Shown: positions 1 to 13,300 of the stretch, in pieces
Numbering within the stretch: position 1 is the first letter of the stretch
How the letters are laid out: each line of letters begins with the position of its first letter
Origin: Eukaryota sp. TZLM1-RC
Taxonomy: Eukaryota; Protista; Metamonada: BaSk clade
Reading direction: 5' to 3'
NCBI GenBank assembly: GCA_040285825.1
Contig: JAUPSS010000002.1
Coordinates: 124,001-188,000 of the forward strand
Length of the DNA stretch: 64,000 nt
The notes under the pieces: generated by a model
What the model saw: only the letters and a program-made list of their open reading frames with translations
The model's database searches: none
What the model was told of the DNA's origin: nothing
Program-made: the position numbers and the translations under genes

Positions 1-10
1 AATCGAAGCC

Positions 11-2311
11 TTGATGAGAATCCCTAGACCAAAAACAGTGAAAGAAGTTCGCTCATTGGTAGGATCCATCAATTATATTAGAGATTGGCTTCCAGGTATT
101 TCTGAATTAATTGCTCCAATTAACGAGCTAATTAAAGGAAAACCCAGAATAATTAAATGGACTTGCAAGCATGACGATTACTTAAAACAAATAAAAGACC
201 TAATAGTAAACCACATGCCCCTTGAATTACCAGCTCCGGGCAAGCGAGTATTGATAAGTACTGACGCATCAGATGTAGCAGTAGGAGGTGTTATTTGGCA
301 AGAAATTGAACCCTACTCCCCTGCAGGAACCCCGCTAAATAAAAGGAAAGTGAAACCTTTGTCATTCTATAGTAGATTACTTACAGAAACACAAAGAAAA
401 TGGTCCACCTTACAAAAAGAATTATACGCAATACTTCTGATTTTAACTGAAAGTTGTTTAGAAAGCTACTTGTTAACTAGACATTTAACAATTTTCACAG
501 ATCATAAAAACATTGCATTCCTGGCTACAGCCCCAGAGAAAAATAGAATTGTAAAGAGATGGCTGCCGATACTATCTGAATTCGACTTTGACATAGTCCA
601 CGAACCTGGTGAAGACAACCATTGGGCAGATATGTTATCGAGGAATATTGATTTGGATCAAAACGAGGAAACTCCTTCTATTTGTAGTATAAATATACCA
701 GACACTTTACTTTCAAATTACGAGATACCTCCACTAGACGATGATTCTGATTCGGATCTTGAAGACATCCCTTCAATCTCATCTCTAAGTAGACACCAAG
801 ACCTACCTATTTTTTCTTCTTGGCTGTCTAAGATAAGATCTGAACAACAAATAGCCAAAAACAACAACGACTCTTTATTTGATAACGCAATTCTAGATGT
901 AAACACTCAAATTTGGAAAAATAATAAAAACAAAATTTTGATTCCAAAGAGCCTCAGAAAACAGGCACTATTATTAATACATGGTTTGGTTCAATCTGGT
1001 CACCCCAGCAAAAACGATAGTTTACACAAACTGTCCAAAAGTGATTTCTACTGGCCCAATATGAGAAAGGACCTTATTAATCATGTCAAAAGATGCCCAA
1101 CTTGTCAAAAAACGGCTCCAGTTAAAAGATCAAAAACACCTTCCACAGGATCTTTATGGGCAGATCGTCCTTTGCCAGATTAAATGTCGATACAATTGGA
1201 CCCCTAAATTCTGACAACGAAGGAAATAAATATCTATTAGTATTTGTAGACTCTTTTACTGGATATACAATTTTAGTCCCTCTAAAAGAACTCAATGCCT
1301 TAGAAACCGCAGATGCCTTGATTTGGAATGTTTGCGCTATCTTTGGCATACCTATGTTAATTCATAGTGATAATGGACCTGAGTTCGCCAATGAGACTTT
1401 CAAAATAGTGTGTAACAGATTAGCGATTGAGATGAGTAACTCAATTCCCCACTATTCAGAAAGTAATGGACTTGTAGAACGTAAACATAGAGACGTTCTT
1501 CAATGCTTAAGGAAACTATTAATAGATTTCAATGATTACGGAAATTGGTCTACATACGTACCTATATCCCAACTATTAATAAATTCTACTAAAAGCAGAA
1601 AAACTGGTTTTACCCCATACGAACTCATGTTCGGTTCTTCGATTAGTCCAAGAACAGACCCTGCTAATATATTAGGAAATTTATCCAAATTTGAAACTAA
1701 TATCCCTTTATTAGATGACATCAAAATGAAAAACACTCGTCTACAAGAAAAAAAGGGAAGAAGCAGAGCGTCACCAAACATTAAATACTCCGTCTTCAGT
1801 AGATAATACTAATTCGTGTTTTATAGTATTTAATATTGGTGACTACGTCTTACGTAAAACCAAGCAAAATAATAAATTGCATGGATCTTGGAATGGACCA
1901 TTTTTAGTTATTGACCTTCCTTCCAAATCCACTTTATTATTGAAGAATCTTACTACTGGCACAGAATTAAAAGCTGCCAAGAAAGATTGCAAAATCTATA
2001 ACGCAGAAAATCCACAGGACATTGAATTCCTCAAGGCAGTCGCTGCAGGCGATTCCGAAAAACACGTTATAGAGAAAATCCTCTCAGAATACCACTCTGA
2101 TTCAGGTAGTTTCTGTACTGTTCAGTGGTTTGGCGGTGAGACAACAGAAGAGCCACTCCATTCGGTTAAACATTCAGAAGCTTATAAGTTATTTAGTAAG
2201 GATAACAAGAAAATTGGAAAACGTACCACTAGTCGACGACAAAGTACCTCCAATGAGTCTACGCCTTCTAAGAGGCCTAGACGCAGTTATAGAATTAGGA
2301 AGAGGAGCTAA
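11..2311 (+). pseudogene. Gypsy pol (RNase H-integrase-chromodomain) split by frameshifts
   Basis: ORFs 11-1183, 1156-1806 and 1877-2311 are consecutive pol domains in different frames. The shifts near 1170 and 1750 lie in T/A runs. Confidence 0.88.
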
Positions 2312-2440
2312 TTCTTAGTTTATATCGATTATTTATATTATATCGATTATATGTATTTATTATAGTTGTTTTGTTAATTGTATATAGTTTTTATTTCATA
2401 TTCATATAAGCTGATTTATTTTGAAAAAGGGAAGAAGCAG

Positions 2441-2488
2441 TGTTGGCGCCCTAAGGCTTATATAATATGAATAGAAAATAAATCAGAC
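2441..2488 (+). repeat. Truncated 3' LTR of the Gypsy element
   Basis: TGTTGGCGCCCTAAGGCTTATATAATATGAATAGAAAATAAATCAG matches the LTRs at 41763 and 43159. It is cut off before the ACGGCATCA end. Confidence 0.85.
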
Positions 2489-2511
2489 TTTTTTCTTTAC
2501 TACAATAGACT

Positions 2512-3200
2512 TTAGGCAACACGAGAAAATTCATAAATAAAATTCTTGCATCCACCCAAAAATGCTGATTGACAAAAAATAGAAGACTTTGTAAATCCAA
2601 TACCACCCAAAATTTGCTGCCGAAAATAAATGATTTTCAACATTCCTGTTTCTACATCGAACAAATCAGCAAAAAATTCACTTCTCAACGAATTAAAGGA
2701 ATGAAAAAAAACCAATGGTATGGACGGAACACAAGATCTCCAAATGTGGGTTATTTTTCCAGTAAAGCAAATTTTAAGCACGAAAAATTTAATATGTTTG
2801 TCTAGTTCTAAAGAAGAAATTGAATCAAGTTCAATTTTCATTTTCTCCAAAATAACTTGTAATTCATTCTGAACTTGAGGCACATTTTTTAACCACCAAC
2901 CATGCAATTTAAAAGCACCAATGCTGTAGTTAGTAAAAGAGACAACAAAATCATTTATCACAAGATCCTGAGGAGAAGAACCAACCAGGAGGCATTTGCT
3001 CGCATTGAGATGAAGCGCAATATTTTAGGCAATGTTTTGAGCAACCATTTTAGTAAATCAAATAAACCAATCAGAAATATATCATCCATATAAGCTACTA
3101 TTTTTAGAGAAGGGTATTTTTGTTTAATTATATCTAAAGTTTTGTGAAATAGCTAAACAAAAAAAGAAAGGGCCTAAAAGGTCATGTGTTTTACATTCAA
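2512..3200 (-). mobile_element. Non-LTR retrotransposon fragment (family A, RT C-terminal region)
   Basis: Near-identical reverse copy of about 4720-5390 (KHIKFF..KIC, GGIGFTKSS). Confidence 0.85.
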
Positions 3201-3239
3201 ATTCTCCACTTTCTAAAATAGTTGATGGTATTGAAATTT

Positions 3240-3660
3240 AAACCAAGTTATACTCAACTGATGCTATTCGTCATTTGGGTTCCTTTTTAGGAAATAATGA
3301 TGAAGTTACCAAAAAATTGCTTGATAAGTTGAATTCAATTTCTGAGAAAATTAAACAAATGATGAAATTGGATGTACAGAAACATGTCAAATTTACCATT
3401 ATAAGACTTTGTTTCAATTCCAACTTTAGTCATATATTTCGATCTATTAATCCTCTTACTTCTAGGCCTTTAGCCCAAAAGTTCAATGAATTACATGAGC
3501 AGTTTCATCACAATTATTAAGACGTAAAATGTCACAAATTCCTGATCATGCTTATCTTAGTCCACATTATGGCGGTTTAGGTTGGACAAAAGCCTCAATT
3601 CTTACTTCGTGTGCTCTTATCGGTGGATGCCGAAATGCATTATTTAAGTTTTCTGAAAAA
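3240..3660 (+). mobile_element. Non-LTR retrotransposon fragment (related family)
   Basis: HLGSFLG...KHVKFTIIRLC...HIFRS...GGLGWTKAS is homologous to the post-RT region of family A. Confidence 0.7.
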
Positions 3661-6490
3661 TTGTTCAACAATTGCAAAAAAGATGTTACAGATTCAAGAA
3701 ATGGTCGAAAACTTCTGTTTTGTACAAATTGTAAAGCTGTTGATACCGTAAGACCCCCGATCCGGATCCCAGTAGAAATTAGTCCCGCCAGCACAATCCC
3801 CTTCTCAATGGAAATGAGAAATTTTACTTCTGAATTGAAAAATAATAAGTGGAATATTTCATCCTTCTGGAAATATTTTGCTCGAAAAAACAAAAATTGT
3901 TTCAAGAAAAAAATTGGAAATAGAAAAATTGTAAAATCAAAAATTTGCCGAAAATTGTGCTTACGTGGTCGTTATGGTGCCGCAAAGCAGTCCTTGTTTT
4001 CCTCTTCTTTGGCTGATGCAAACTCTGATACCCTTGAAAAACTTCAAAAGTTGCATCCTCAAGAAAATTTCAAGTGCAGCAAGCCTGATGTGTGTCCTTT
4101 TTGGATTGAAAATCCTATTACTGCAATTGAAGTTCTTAAAGCTATTCAAAAATTACCAAAGGGGAAAGCAGCAGGCCCATCTGGAATTTCTTTTGATCTC
4201 TTAAAAATAGCGTGTTCCAGTGCTCCCGAAATTGCTGATGACCTAGCCCATTATTTTCAACAATTAATTGTTTTGAAAATTAATCCTCCATTTGAATTAC
4301 TCGCTGCACGTCTGATTGCTTTAGTAAAGCCTGGAAACGGAATCAAACCTGATGGAATACGCCCAATTGCTGTTGGTGAATCTCTTTCTCGTTTGCTAGC
4401 ATCAATTGTCTTCGATCGTGTCAAAGACAAAGCTTCTACATTTTTGAATCCTCATCAATTTGGAATCAAAACAATTGATGGTGCTTCTGTTGCTGCTATT
4501 GCCTCTGATACCTTTTTTAATGCAGAGAAAAATAATTTTATTTTTAATCTCGACTTTAAAAATGCCTTTAATTCTGTAAAGCGAGATGCAATTTGTGAAG
4601 TTATTAAATCTGATTTTCCTGAGCTATCGAGTTTTTTCTACCATTTTTATGGGAAAGAATCGGATTTAATTTTGAATTCATTTGGTCTTAAATCATCTTC
4701 TGGTGTGAAGCAAGGTGATCCTTTAGGCCCGTTATTGTTTTGTTTAGCTATTCACAAAACTTTAAATATCATTAAGCAAAAATACCCTTCTATAAAAATA
4801 GTTGCTTATATGGATGATATATCCTTGATTGGTTCATTTGATTTATTAGAATTGGTTGCTCAAGAAATTGCCGATTCATATGAAAATATTGGGCTTCATC
4901 TTAATGCCAGCAAATGCCTTCTGATTAGATCTTCTGCTCAAGATCTCGTGATAAACGATTCTGTTGTCCCTTTTACTAATTAAAGCAGTGATGCTTTTAA
5001 GTTCTTTGGTTGTTGGTTAGGAAACGTGCCTCAAATTCACAATGAATTACAAGTTATTTTGGAAAAAATGAAAATTGAACTTGATTCAATTTCTTCTTTA
5101 GATATAGAAAAACATATTAAATTTTTCATGCTTAAAATTTGCTATACTGGGAGAATAACCCACATTTTGAGATCTTGTGCTCCTTCCATAGCATTAGATT
5201 TTTGTCGTTCTTTTAATTCATTGAGAACAGAATTTTTTGCTGATTTATTGGATGTAGAACCAGGAATGTTGAAAAGCCATTTATTTTCTTCAGCAAATTT
5301 AGGTGGTATTGGATTTACTAAATCTTCAATTTTGTGTCAATCAGCATTCTTGGGTGGTGGCAAAAATTTTATTTATGAATTTTCTCGTAGATTTCCTGAT
5401 GATTCTCATCTGTTAGTCCCCAATTGTAGTCCCTATTTGTATGAGTTATCTTGTGAACTTGAAAAATTACCGCCACAAATTTGGACCAAATGTTTTCCTC
5501 AATCAATTCAAGAAATTCCAAACCGATCTCTATTTAATTTACAGTTTTGCTGTAAAAAGCTTCAACAAAAATTGTCAAAGATTTTTGAAAGCTTGGATTT
5601 TGATGTTAGACCTGGCTTGGCCAAGAAAAAGAATCCCGCTTTTGCAAATCTTTTACCAGATATGTGTGACAGTACTTCTTCTGCCTTAGTAACAACAATT
5701 CCACAAGTTTATGGTACTCTCTTATCCGATTCTGCTTGGACTCTGAATATGAGATTTCGTTCCTTTATCTGGCCTGATAATTTACCTCATAATTTAATTT
5801 GTAAATGTTCTCGAGAAATTACAACTACTCATTTGTTAAATTGTAAACATTTTATTACTTTTAGAAGCAAGGTTCATGATGCTGTGAGAGACCAGTTATA
5901 TTGTATGTGTAAATCTCATAGAATTGAATCCTTCTTGGAACCTTTGTTGTCAAATCTGTTTGATGCTGAAGATGATTTTCATAAGAATAATAGAGGTGAT
6001 GTTATATTACCTGGATTAGATGGAAGTTTCATTTTATTGGATGTAATGTCTGTTGATCCTTGTAATGCCTCAAATGAAAGGCTAGTTAATTCTGAAATTC
6101 ATAATCCCCTTTCAAATGCTGAAAATTTTAAATTCAAAAAATACAATGAACCTTTGTCCAAATTGGCCAGTCAACAGCATGCAAAATACAATTTGTATCC
6201 ATTTGTATTTTCCCTTTTTGGTTCACTTGCACCAAATGCTTTACGTTTTTTGGATGATTTTGAAATGATTGTAAAGAGAAGAACTGGCAGAAATTTCAAC
6301 AGATTGTTTTGGCAAAATAGAATTGTGTTTTCTATTTTTAAGGGGATGTTGAAGATGGTTTCTGATGCTTTGCTTTCTCTTGGATCTCACTATGAGAGAG
6401 TTGCATCTAGTGTTTTTGTTCTGGGAGAGATGGATTTTTTAGATGTTGATTTATAGGTTTAGAATAAAATTAAATTTTTTAAAAAAAATT
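3661..6490 (+). mobile_element. RLE-type (CRE-like) non-LTR retrotransposon, family A, nearly complete RT-zinc knuckle-RLE ORF with one premature stop
   Basis: RT motifs GKAAGPSG, RPIAVGE, LDFKNAFNS, GVKQGDPLGPLLF and YMDD. TAA at 4981-4983 where other copies have Tyr. CKC...HLLNC knuckle, HDAVRD, RGD...DV...KKY restriction-like endonuclease. ORF ends at 6456, followed by AATAAA and an A-tract at 6481-6488. Confidence 0.9.
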
Positions 6491-6607
6491 TAGTGAAAAT
6501 TCTTATTATTTTCAAAGAGTAATGTAGAATTTTTTTAATATTTTATTCTTTTGGCTAAAAATTATTACAATATATTCTGTTTTTTATTTTCTATGAACAA
6601 GGATGTT

Positions 6608-6920
6608 TTATATATGACAAGGGTCTCCCTTATGCTTCGAATATTCCTTTGATTGACGTTCACATTGTCTTGAAATCTCACTCTTTTCCCTTTCTTTAGT
6701 GTTTTCATCTTCAATACATTCAGTCAATCGTCGCCTACTGTTAGTAATAGGTGAAGTAGTCAACATACATTTCTTCAGCTTGAGTATCTAGAAGCATCTT
6801 ATCTTCTTCAAAATGACGAATTCGCAGGAGTTTCATTTCTTCTTCCTGCTGTAGAGCCATCTCCTTGAGCTCACGTCTATGATCATCTTTCATTGATTTC
6901 TTTTCTGACCAGAGTGACAT
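6608..6920 (-). CDS. Small charged/coiled-coil hypothetical protein (93 aa), two exons (6920-6769, 6737-6608)
   Basis: ATG at 6920. The 31-nt intron 6768-6738 reads GTATGT...TACTAACAG. Splicing it gives an open frame MSLWSEKKSM...GDPCHI*. Confidence 0.7.
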
Positions 6921-7057
6921 TGTTGGAAGTAGAGAAATGAACCAAGATTAAACCATTTATTGTATCAATTACAAGTTGGTATTGAAATCCTTCTAGTTGG
7001 GATGTCTGCGAACCCTTTCATTTAATTAATTTGTATACTATACTCCCTACAATTACA

Positions 7058-7405
7058 ATGCCTCACACATCCCGTCACTTACGACACAAAGCAAGAAAGC
7101 CCAGAGAGTCAAGTAAAAAGACTACCACACAACCACCTAATTCAAAATTGGAATACAAGCTCTCAGACAAGCGGGTTGACACAACTCCACATAGGAATCC
7201 GTTGAAGAAGTCTGGGACTCCATTAACTACATCTGGGGGCTACAGACACATTGAGTTTATCGAAGAACATCCATCTCGAATGTCAAAAGCAACGGTTGAT
7301 GGACAAAAGTTACCAGGTGAAACTCATTTGGATACTAGGGATACTAGCTACAAGGAGAGGATAGATAGCTCACACAAGAATAGGTTGCATGGATCAGGAG
7401 TATAA
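7058..7405 (+). CDS. Hypothetical basic protein (~115 aa)
   Basis: ATG-started ORF with host-gene-like GC content, divergent from the 6920 gene. No recognised domain. Confidence 0.4.
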   Translation: MPHTSRHLRHKARKPRESSKKTTTQPPNSKLEYKLSDKRVDTTPHRNPLKKSGTPLTTSGGYRHIEFIEEHPSRMSKATVDGQKLPGETHLDTRDTSYKERIDSSHKNRLHGSGV

Positions 7406-7749
7406 ATTAATGTTGAGCTCTTTTGCATAGTTAAAATCTAGAACTAACCTAAGTTAGGTAACCTAACTTTTAGTTGAGTCGACTCAGGTAAGAAATGAGT
7501 CGACTGAATCAATTTCATAGGTCTACCTAGGTTGGTTGTATGATGCTAGTGTGGCTAGATGATGTAGTTGGTGAAATAGTGGAATTTGATAGCTGTTGAT
7601 GTTGTATTAGCAAAGGAAAGTTGATTGGCTGAACACGTAATTATGACTGGGCAGGGGTGTGATGTGGTATTTGTTGGCAAGAGTTGAAATTGGTCAAACA
7701 TTTTCTCGATATATTTCCGTATTATTTTAGTTGTTTTCGACTAACTGCA

Positions 7750-10192
7750 ATGACTCAGTCTCATACTCTCATTGCCTCCAATCGACTACCTATCACCATT
7801 TCTCACAACAATGGAAAAGCTGTTGTTAAACCTGGAGCAGGAGGACTGGCAACTGCTTTGGGGGGATTACCTATCTCTCAAAGGACGTGGGTAGGTTATA
7901 CTGGTGCCCAGAGTTCAGAAGAAGTTGCCCCCGATGTGCGAGACGCACTTTCTGAGCAAAACTATGTACCTGTTTATGTACCAGAAGAAGAGTTTGTTGT
8001 TCAATTCCACTCACTGAAGATATAAGCTTTATTATGAGGATTTTAGCAACTCCATACTGTGGCTTCTGTTCCATTATGAGCCCGAGCTACGTAGCTTCAA
8101 GCAAGAGCAATGGGATGCTTATGAAAATGTCAACTTCCGTTTTGCTCAAACTATAGCCGATGTCTTTGATCCTAATGTACACTCATCGATCTTTATTCAA
8201 GATTATCAGCTGATGATGGTTCCAGGTTTTCTTCGAAAGTTGCTTGCGACAAAATTTGGATCAAAAGCAAATGACGTCCACATCTCTTTCTTCCTTCATA
8301 TTCCATTTCCTACTTCAGAACTGTTTAGAGCCTGTCCCAGGAGAAACGAAATCCTTGATAGCCTATTACATTGCAACCAGATCGGTTTCCATGTTCATGC
8401 TTACGTAAGACACTTCTTGTCTAGTTGTGCGAGAGTCTTGCATGCAAAAACCTCAACCTTTGCTGTAAAGTATAAGGGCCGATACACTTGGTGCTACGCT
8501 TACCCTATCGGAATTCAACCAAAAGATTTTAGTGAACCTTTGCTATCAGACCAAGGCCAGCAGCACTTCTCTGAACTTCAAAATGAGTACCAGAACCGCC
8601 ATGTTATTTTTTCCTGTGATAGAGTTGACCCAGCCAAAGGACTTATCGAAAAGTTGCAGGCTTTTAGGCACCTACTCGAAACTAATCCCCATTTGGTTGG
8701 AAAAGTTCAATTGATTCAGGTTGCTGTTCCTTCACGAGAAAGAATCCACGTTTATAAAGAACTTGTTGGTGAGCTGAACACATTGGTGGGAGATATCAAC
8801 GGCAAATTCGGTACTCCCTTGTATCAACCTTGTGTTTATATTCACCGCCCGGTTCCTAGAAATCTTTTGACTGCACTTTATGCTATTTCTGATGTTTGTT
8901 TCATTTCTTCACTCAGGGACGGACAGAATCTGGTAAGTTCGGAGTATGTTGTTTGTCAGGAAGCAAAGAAGGAACTTTCTGCATGTATGAACAAAGTTCC
9001 TGGTGTTTTGGTTCTTTCTGAGTTTGCTGGAGCTGCTTCGAGTTTGGCCGGCAGTGTGTTGATTAACCCTTCCGATATTGATTCAACTTCTAGGGCCCTC
9101 CTTTCTGCTATTGAAATGGCACCATCAGAGAAGCAGGCTAGACATAATAGAAATGTTAAGTGGATCTGTGATGAAAACTCCATTGATAAGTGGTTCAAGA
9201 GAATCATCACCCACCAAGATCTTTGGACTCAACTCAGATATCAACTACCGTGTTCCAGTAAAGCTAAACCTCTCGATTCACTATCTCTCACCACCTCTTA
9301 TGCTAGTGCAAAAGAACGATACATCTTTCTGGACTATGACGGTACTTGTGTCGGATTCCATTCCAATCCCAGCATGGCTAAACCCACCCCTAATTTATTG
9401 GAATATTTATCCAAACTGAGCAATGATCCCAAAACAAATGCCTTTGTTATTTCTGGAAGATCTCGCGACGATCTTGATGACTTCTTTCAATCAGTTCCTG
9501 GTCTAGGTCTTGTTGGTGAACATGGTTTATGTGTGAAGAAGCCTGGTAGTGACAGCTGGATGGAGATGATCACAGAGGAGGAATCTAATCAAATCATTTT
9601 TTTAAAAGAAACTCTATTACCATATCTTCAGGTCATAACTGAAAATGTTCCAGGTTCTTTCATAGAGAAAAAGAAGTCCTCTTTGGCTTGGCATTACAGA
9701 AGTTCTGATGTCAATCTAGCTGACATTTCTCTCTCAGAATTGGAAGGAATGTTCTCTGAAATGTTCAAGAGTGGTGATTTTGAAATGCTTTCTGGAGAAA
9801 AAGTTGTTGAATTCAGAACCAATCTCCACAATAAGGGAACTGCAATCCAGCGCATTCTTTGTGAAGGGTCGGAGCCGGAATTCTTGGCTGTTTTCGGTGA
9901 TGATGTTACTGATGAAAAAATGTTTTCTGTTCTTTATTCTGATCCGAAATCCTTCAAGTCTATTTCTGATATAGAATCTGATGCCAATTCTGTAATTTAC
10001 AGACTAATGAAGAGTGCCGTATCTGGTTTTGTTGCTAGAAGAGACACAGAAGGCCAAGTTTTTGAACTACCAAAAGAGTGTAATGTTTTCACAGTCAAAG
10101 TTGGTATCGCCCCTACTCTTGCTGAGTATAATATACCGTCAGTGGAAAAAGTTAATCAAGTGTTGGAATGTTTAGCAGCAATGTCAAATTAA
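7750..10192 (+). CDS. TPS: Bifunctional trehalose-6-phosphate synthase/phosphatase (GT20 + HAD), one short intron
   Basis: SNRLP, GGLATAL, LFHY, QDYQL, FLHIPFP, RDGQNLV and SEFAGAA, then FLDYDGT and GDDVTDE. Removing intron 7992-8019 (GTTTGT...CACTGAAG, 28 nt) restores EEEYKLYYEDFSNSILW. An alternative intron 7996-8026 also restores the frame. Confidence 0.92.
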
Positions 10193-10309
10193 TAATTCAA
10201 AGTAGCTTTATTTTTGCATGTATAAAATGTTCATATTGTATTTAATGTTTTAACGAATTTTAAGATTTAAAAAGACAAATGATATCATGAGCACAAAGAA
10301 AAGCTAAAA

Positions 10310-13300
10310 TCACCTCAATTCAAGGTAATAATTTATCAAACAAGCTTCAATCATAGCATTCTTGATTTGATCTTTACTGACAGGATAACCAAGTTCCTGG
10401 GACATTATGAAGGAAACTTTACTGAAGAATGGATCAACAATATCAAACCAATATTGAACAATAGAAATATCGATAAAATTCTTGTCAATTTTTTGAATTA
10501 GCGGTTCCTTAAAAGGGAAAAACTTCCTTGCACTAGATAACGAAATACCAACTGGAGGGCAAATTACTTCGTCGCAAGCTCTAACAAATGAAAACAGAAT
10601 TTCACAAGACTTTGAATCCGAAACATGACTAAAAGAACCTATAGAACCATCAATAAATGATGTAACGACAGGAAAGAGTCTCGGAAAGTCTGGATTTTGA
10701 TTAATTGAATGGGCGGATGAACTAGAAATATGTGAATTATTGATTCTAAACCTATTCATCTTGGTGGATTGACTTTTTGCTCTATAATAAGCAACTGGTT
10801 TCAACATTTGGCCTCCTTTATAATCCACTGACGTGTCATAACAGAAAATAACGAAATTTTTGTCAATGTTACCAGCAATTATTTCAAGCTCAAGCTGATA
10901 ACGATTAATCTCTTCCTGTGCAGTGACAACTGGCTGACAAGGAATGAAAAATTCAACATTAGAAATTCGCTTCAATAGAGGTGTTGAATCTCGACTTCTG
11001 AAATCAATTGACCGAGAAGTGTCCTTCCATTGTACTAATTGAGTTGAATCTTCCAAATCCCCAAAACAAATTAAGTTTTTAATTGTGCAAATATCGGTGA
11101 CATAAAACATACCATCAAAGAAACCAATCCCCTTTAATCTTCCATCTTGAAGTAAGTAATGTAGCATCAATCTAGGGCCTGCAAGAGCAACTAGGTAACC
11201 AGGGTCAAGAATGTTCAAGGCTGAAACGTGACCCCTTTCCTCTTTATCCCAAACAGTTGTTAATGACATTCTAGTGTCTTGATTCGGGGCTTGATTAGAT
11301 TCGAGTTCTGGAAGTAACAGTACAATTCTTCCTCTAGACCAATACCATTCACCTTTGATATAACCAGTTCCGACACATAAATGTTCCCTTCTAGGTCTTT
11401 CAGGAGGGAACGGTCCTTCATCAACGACACCACTGGCTGGACCAAGGCGTAACTCACCCGCAATCATGGACAAAATGTATTCATCTTCTTGGAAAGGATA
11501 TCGATCCAATAAGGACAAACTATCAAAGCTAATTAGTTGTACTTCATGGCGATTAAAGGATTCCAGTGCCACCGCTAGGGTGTTGCTCTTTTTGAGGTAA
11601 GCAATTCTATTAGGAGTTGAGTTTAAAGGTAATGTTTTTAAAACAATTGAATAAGCTAACTGAGTTCCGGGGCTTGATTTTAATAGAATATTCAGATTTG
11701 AATTCGTAATGAAAAACAAACTAGATTTCGTGACGAATGGGACAGGCACGAAACCTGGAAAAGAAATCCTTGGACTTCCATCAATTTTGATTGAATGTTG
11801 CCTAGGAATAACGTGTGGATTAAAAGGATCCGAAGAGGCAGTTACAATGAAATAAGGTTTGATTGGATTGGGGACATAAATACCATCAAGAAAACCATGT
11901 AAATTGAAAAACTTAGTCAAAAGTGGTTGAAAACCATTCACATTATTTTGATTTTCTTTCTTCTCTTTCTTTAAGAGATCTTCCGACTGTGTGGAAAGTT
12001 TCATCTGATCAGATAGTCTTATTTTTGTTAAATAATGTGCTTCTTGATTAGAGTTTAATTTAAATAAAGAGAAGCTTGAATTCAAGAACAACACACCCAA
12101 AAAAATAGATTCAAAAGAACCATGGATTAAGCAAATGGAAGTTATTTCAGAATTTACGTACATATTGTTAGAGACGAAATGAATTTGATCTGCCATTAAA
12201 TTCCCAGAAAAGGAATAGATCAGAACCAAATCAACAGGATTTGTCCGATCTAAAAACAAAATTCCCCCACTACCATTTCCCAACAAATAACCTATATACA
12301 CTCCTGGTAAAAGAGAAGAAAACATTGGCGGAATAATCGAAGTCACGTGTTTGATTGGGAATTCTGAGCTGATTGGAAGGCGAGCTGTCGCAACCAGTCC
12401 GGTTGAAGTTGACCTGAAAACTACAACCTCCTGATCGGAGGAAACAGTGAGAAATCCCTCAGAAAAGCAAGCTGACATTATCTGCTTGGAAAACGACATA
12501 ATTTCCACGGAGAAATTAGGCGAAATTACCCTAATTTCAAAGCCAGTTACCTGAATAACTGAACGGAAAGTAGTATCAGAAACAGCAAGTACTGTACAAT
12601 CATCAGTTTTGAACAATTTTGATTGCTCAATCGAAATTGATTGGCTTTGATCCATCCTAAGGATTAAAGTTTCCTGTCGTTGTATAGAGGAAACAACAAT
12701 CAATTCTGAATGCTGATTTGATTGATCTTTTTGACCTTTCATACTTACATGAAAACATGAATCTGACTGAGGAATTTCAAATTCTTGATGGTCAGTGGTC
12801 ACAACAGACTTGCTCAATAAAGAAAGATTTCCATGATTTTGAAACCCAGAAACGGAAGCTCCAAAGAAAGGACCAGAATCAATCACAACAAGGTCAGATA
12901 TACTACCCCCATTAGTAGGTAGAAAAGTTAGCCTATCAAAAATGATTAAAGGCAGCCCAGTGTCGACATCAGTATCACTAGTTAGAGATAACAAGGGGCA
13001 ACTTGCATGTTTAGAGGAGATAAATACCAATCCATTATGATCAATAGCGAGATCAGAAGGGAAAACAGACCCAGTAAATGGTTCATTTTCAGAGGATAGA
13101 ACAGGAAAAATTTTGAAAGAATTGTCCATTGCAAATAAATTTCCATTTAAATCACAACCCAAAACTGAATAATTAAATAAAGAATGGGTAGCCTGAATGC
13201 CAATCAATTTTGATTGTCTTATACTTTCCTCTCCAGTCATTGGAATTCTCTTGATTATCACATCAGAACAATAGACTAACCCAAATGCACACGTCATAAC

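Larger units (their letters stand above)
1..2488 (+). mobile_element. Ty3/Gypsy (chromovirus-like) LTR retrotransposon, 3' half, running in from the window edge
   Basis: RT thumb/RNase H (TDASD...TDH...WADMLSR), integrase H2C2 zinc region (HG...GHP...CPTCQ), integrase core (VDSFTGY, HSDNGPEF, NGLVER), chromodomain-like tail. Polypurine tract GAAAAAGGGAAGAAG at 2423-2437, then an LTR starting TGTTGG at 2441. Confidence 0.93.

Noticed and set aside
4981-4983. In-frame TAA/TAG/TGA in element ORFs as evidence of stop-codon reassignment or readthrough
   Set aside because: Host genes are long, open in the standard code and end in all three stops. Other copies have a sense codon at this position.
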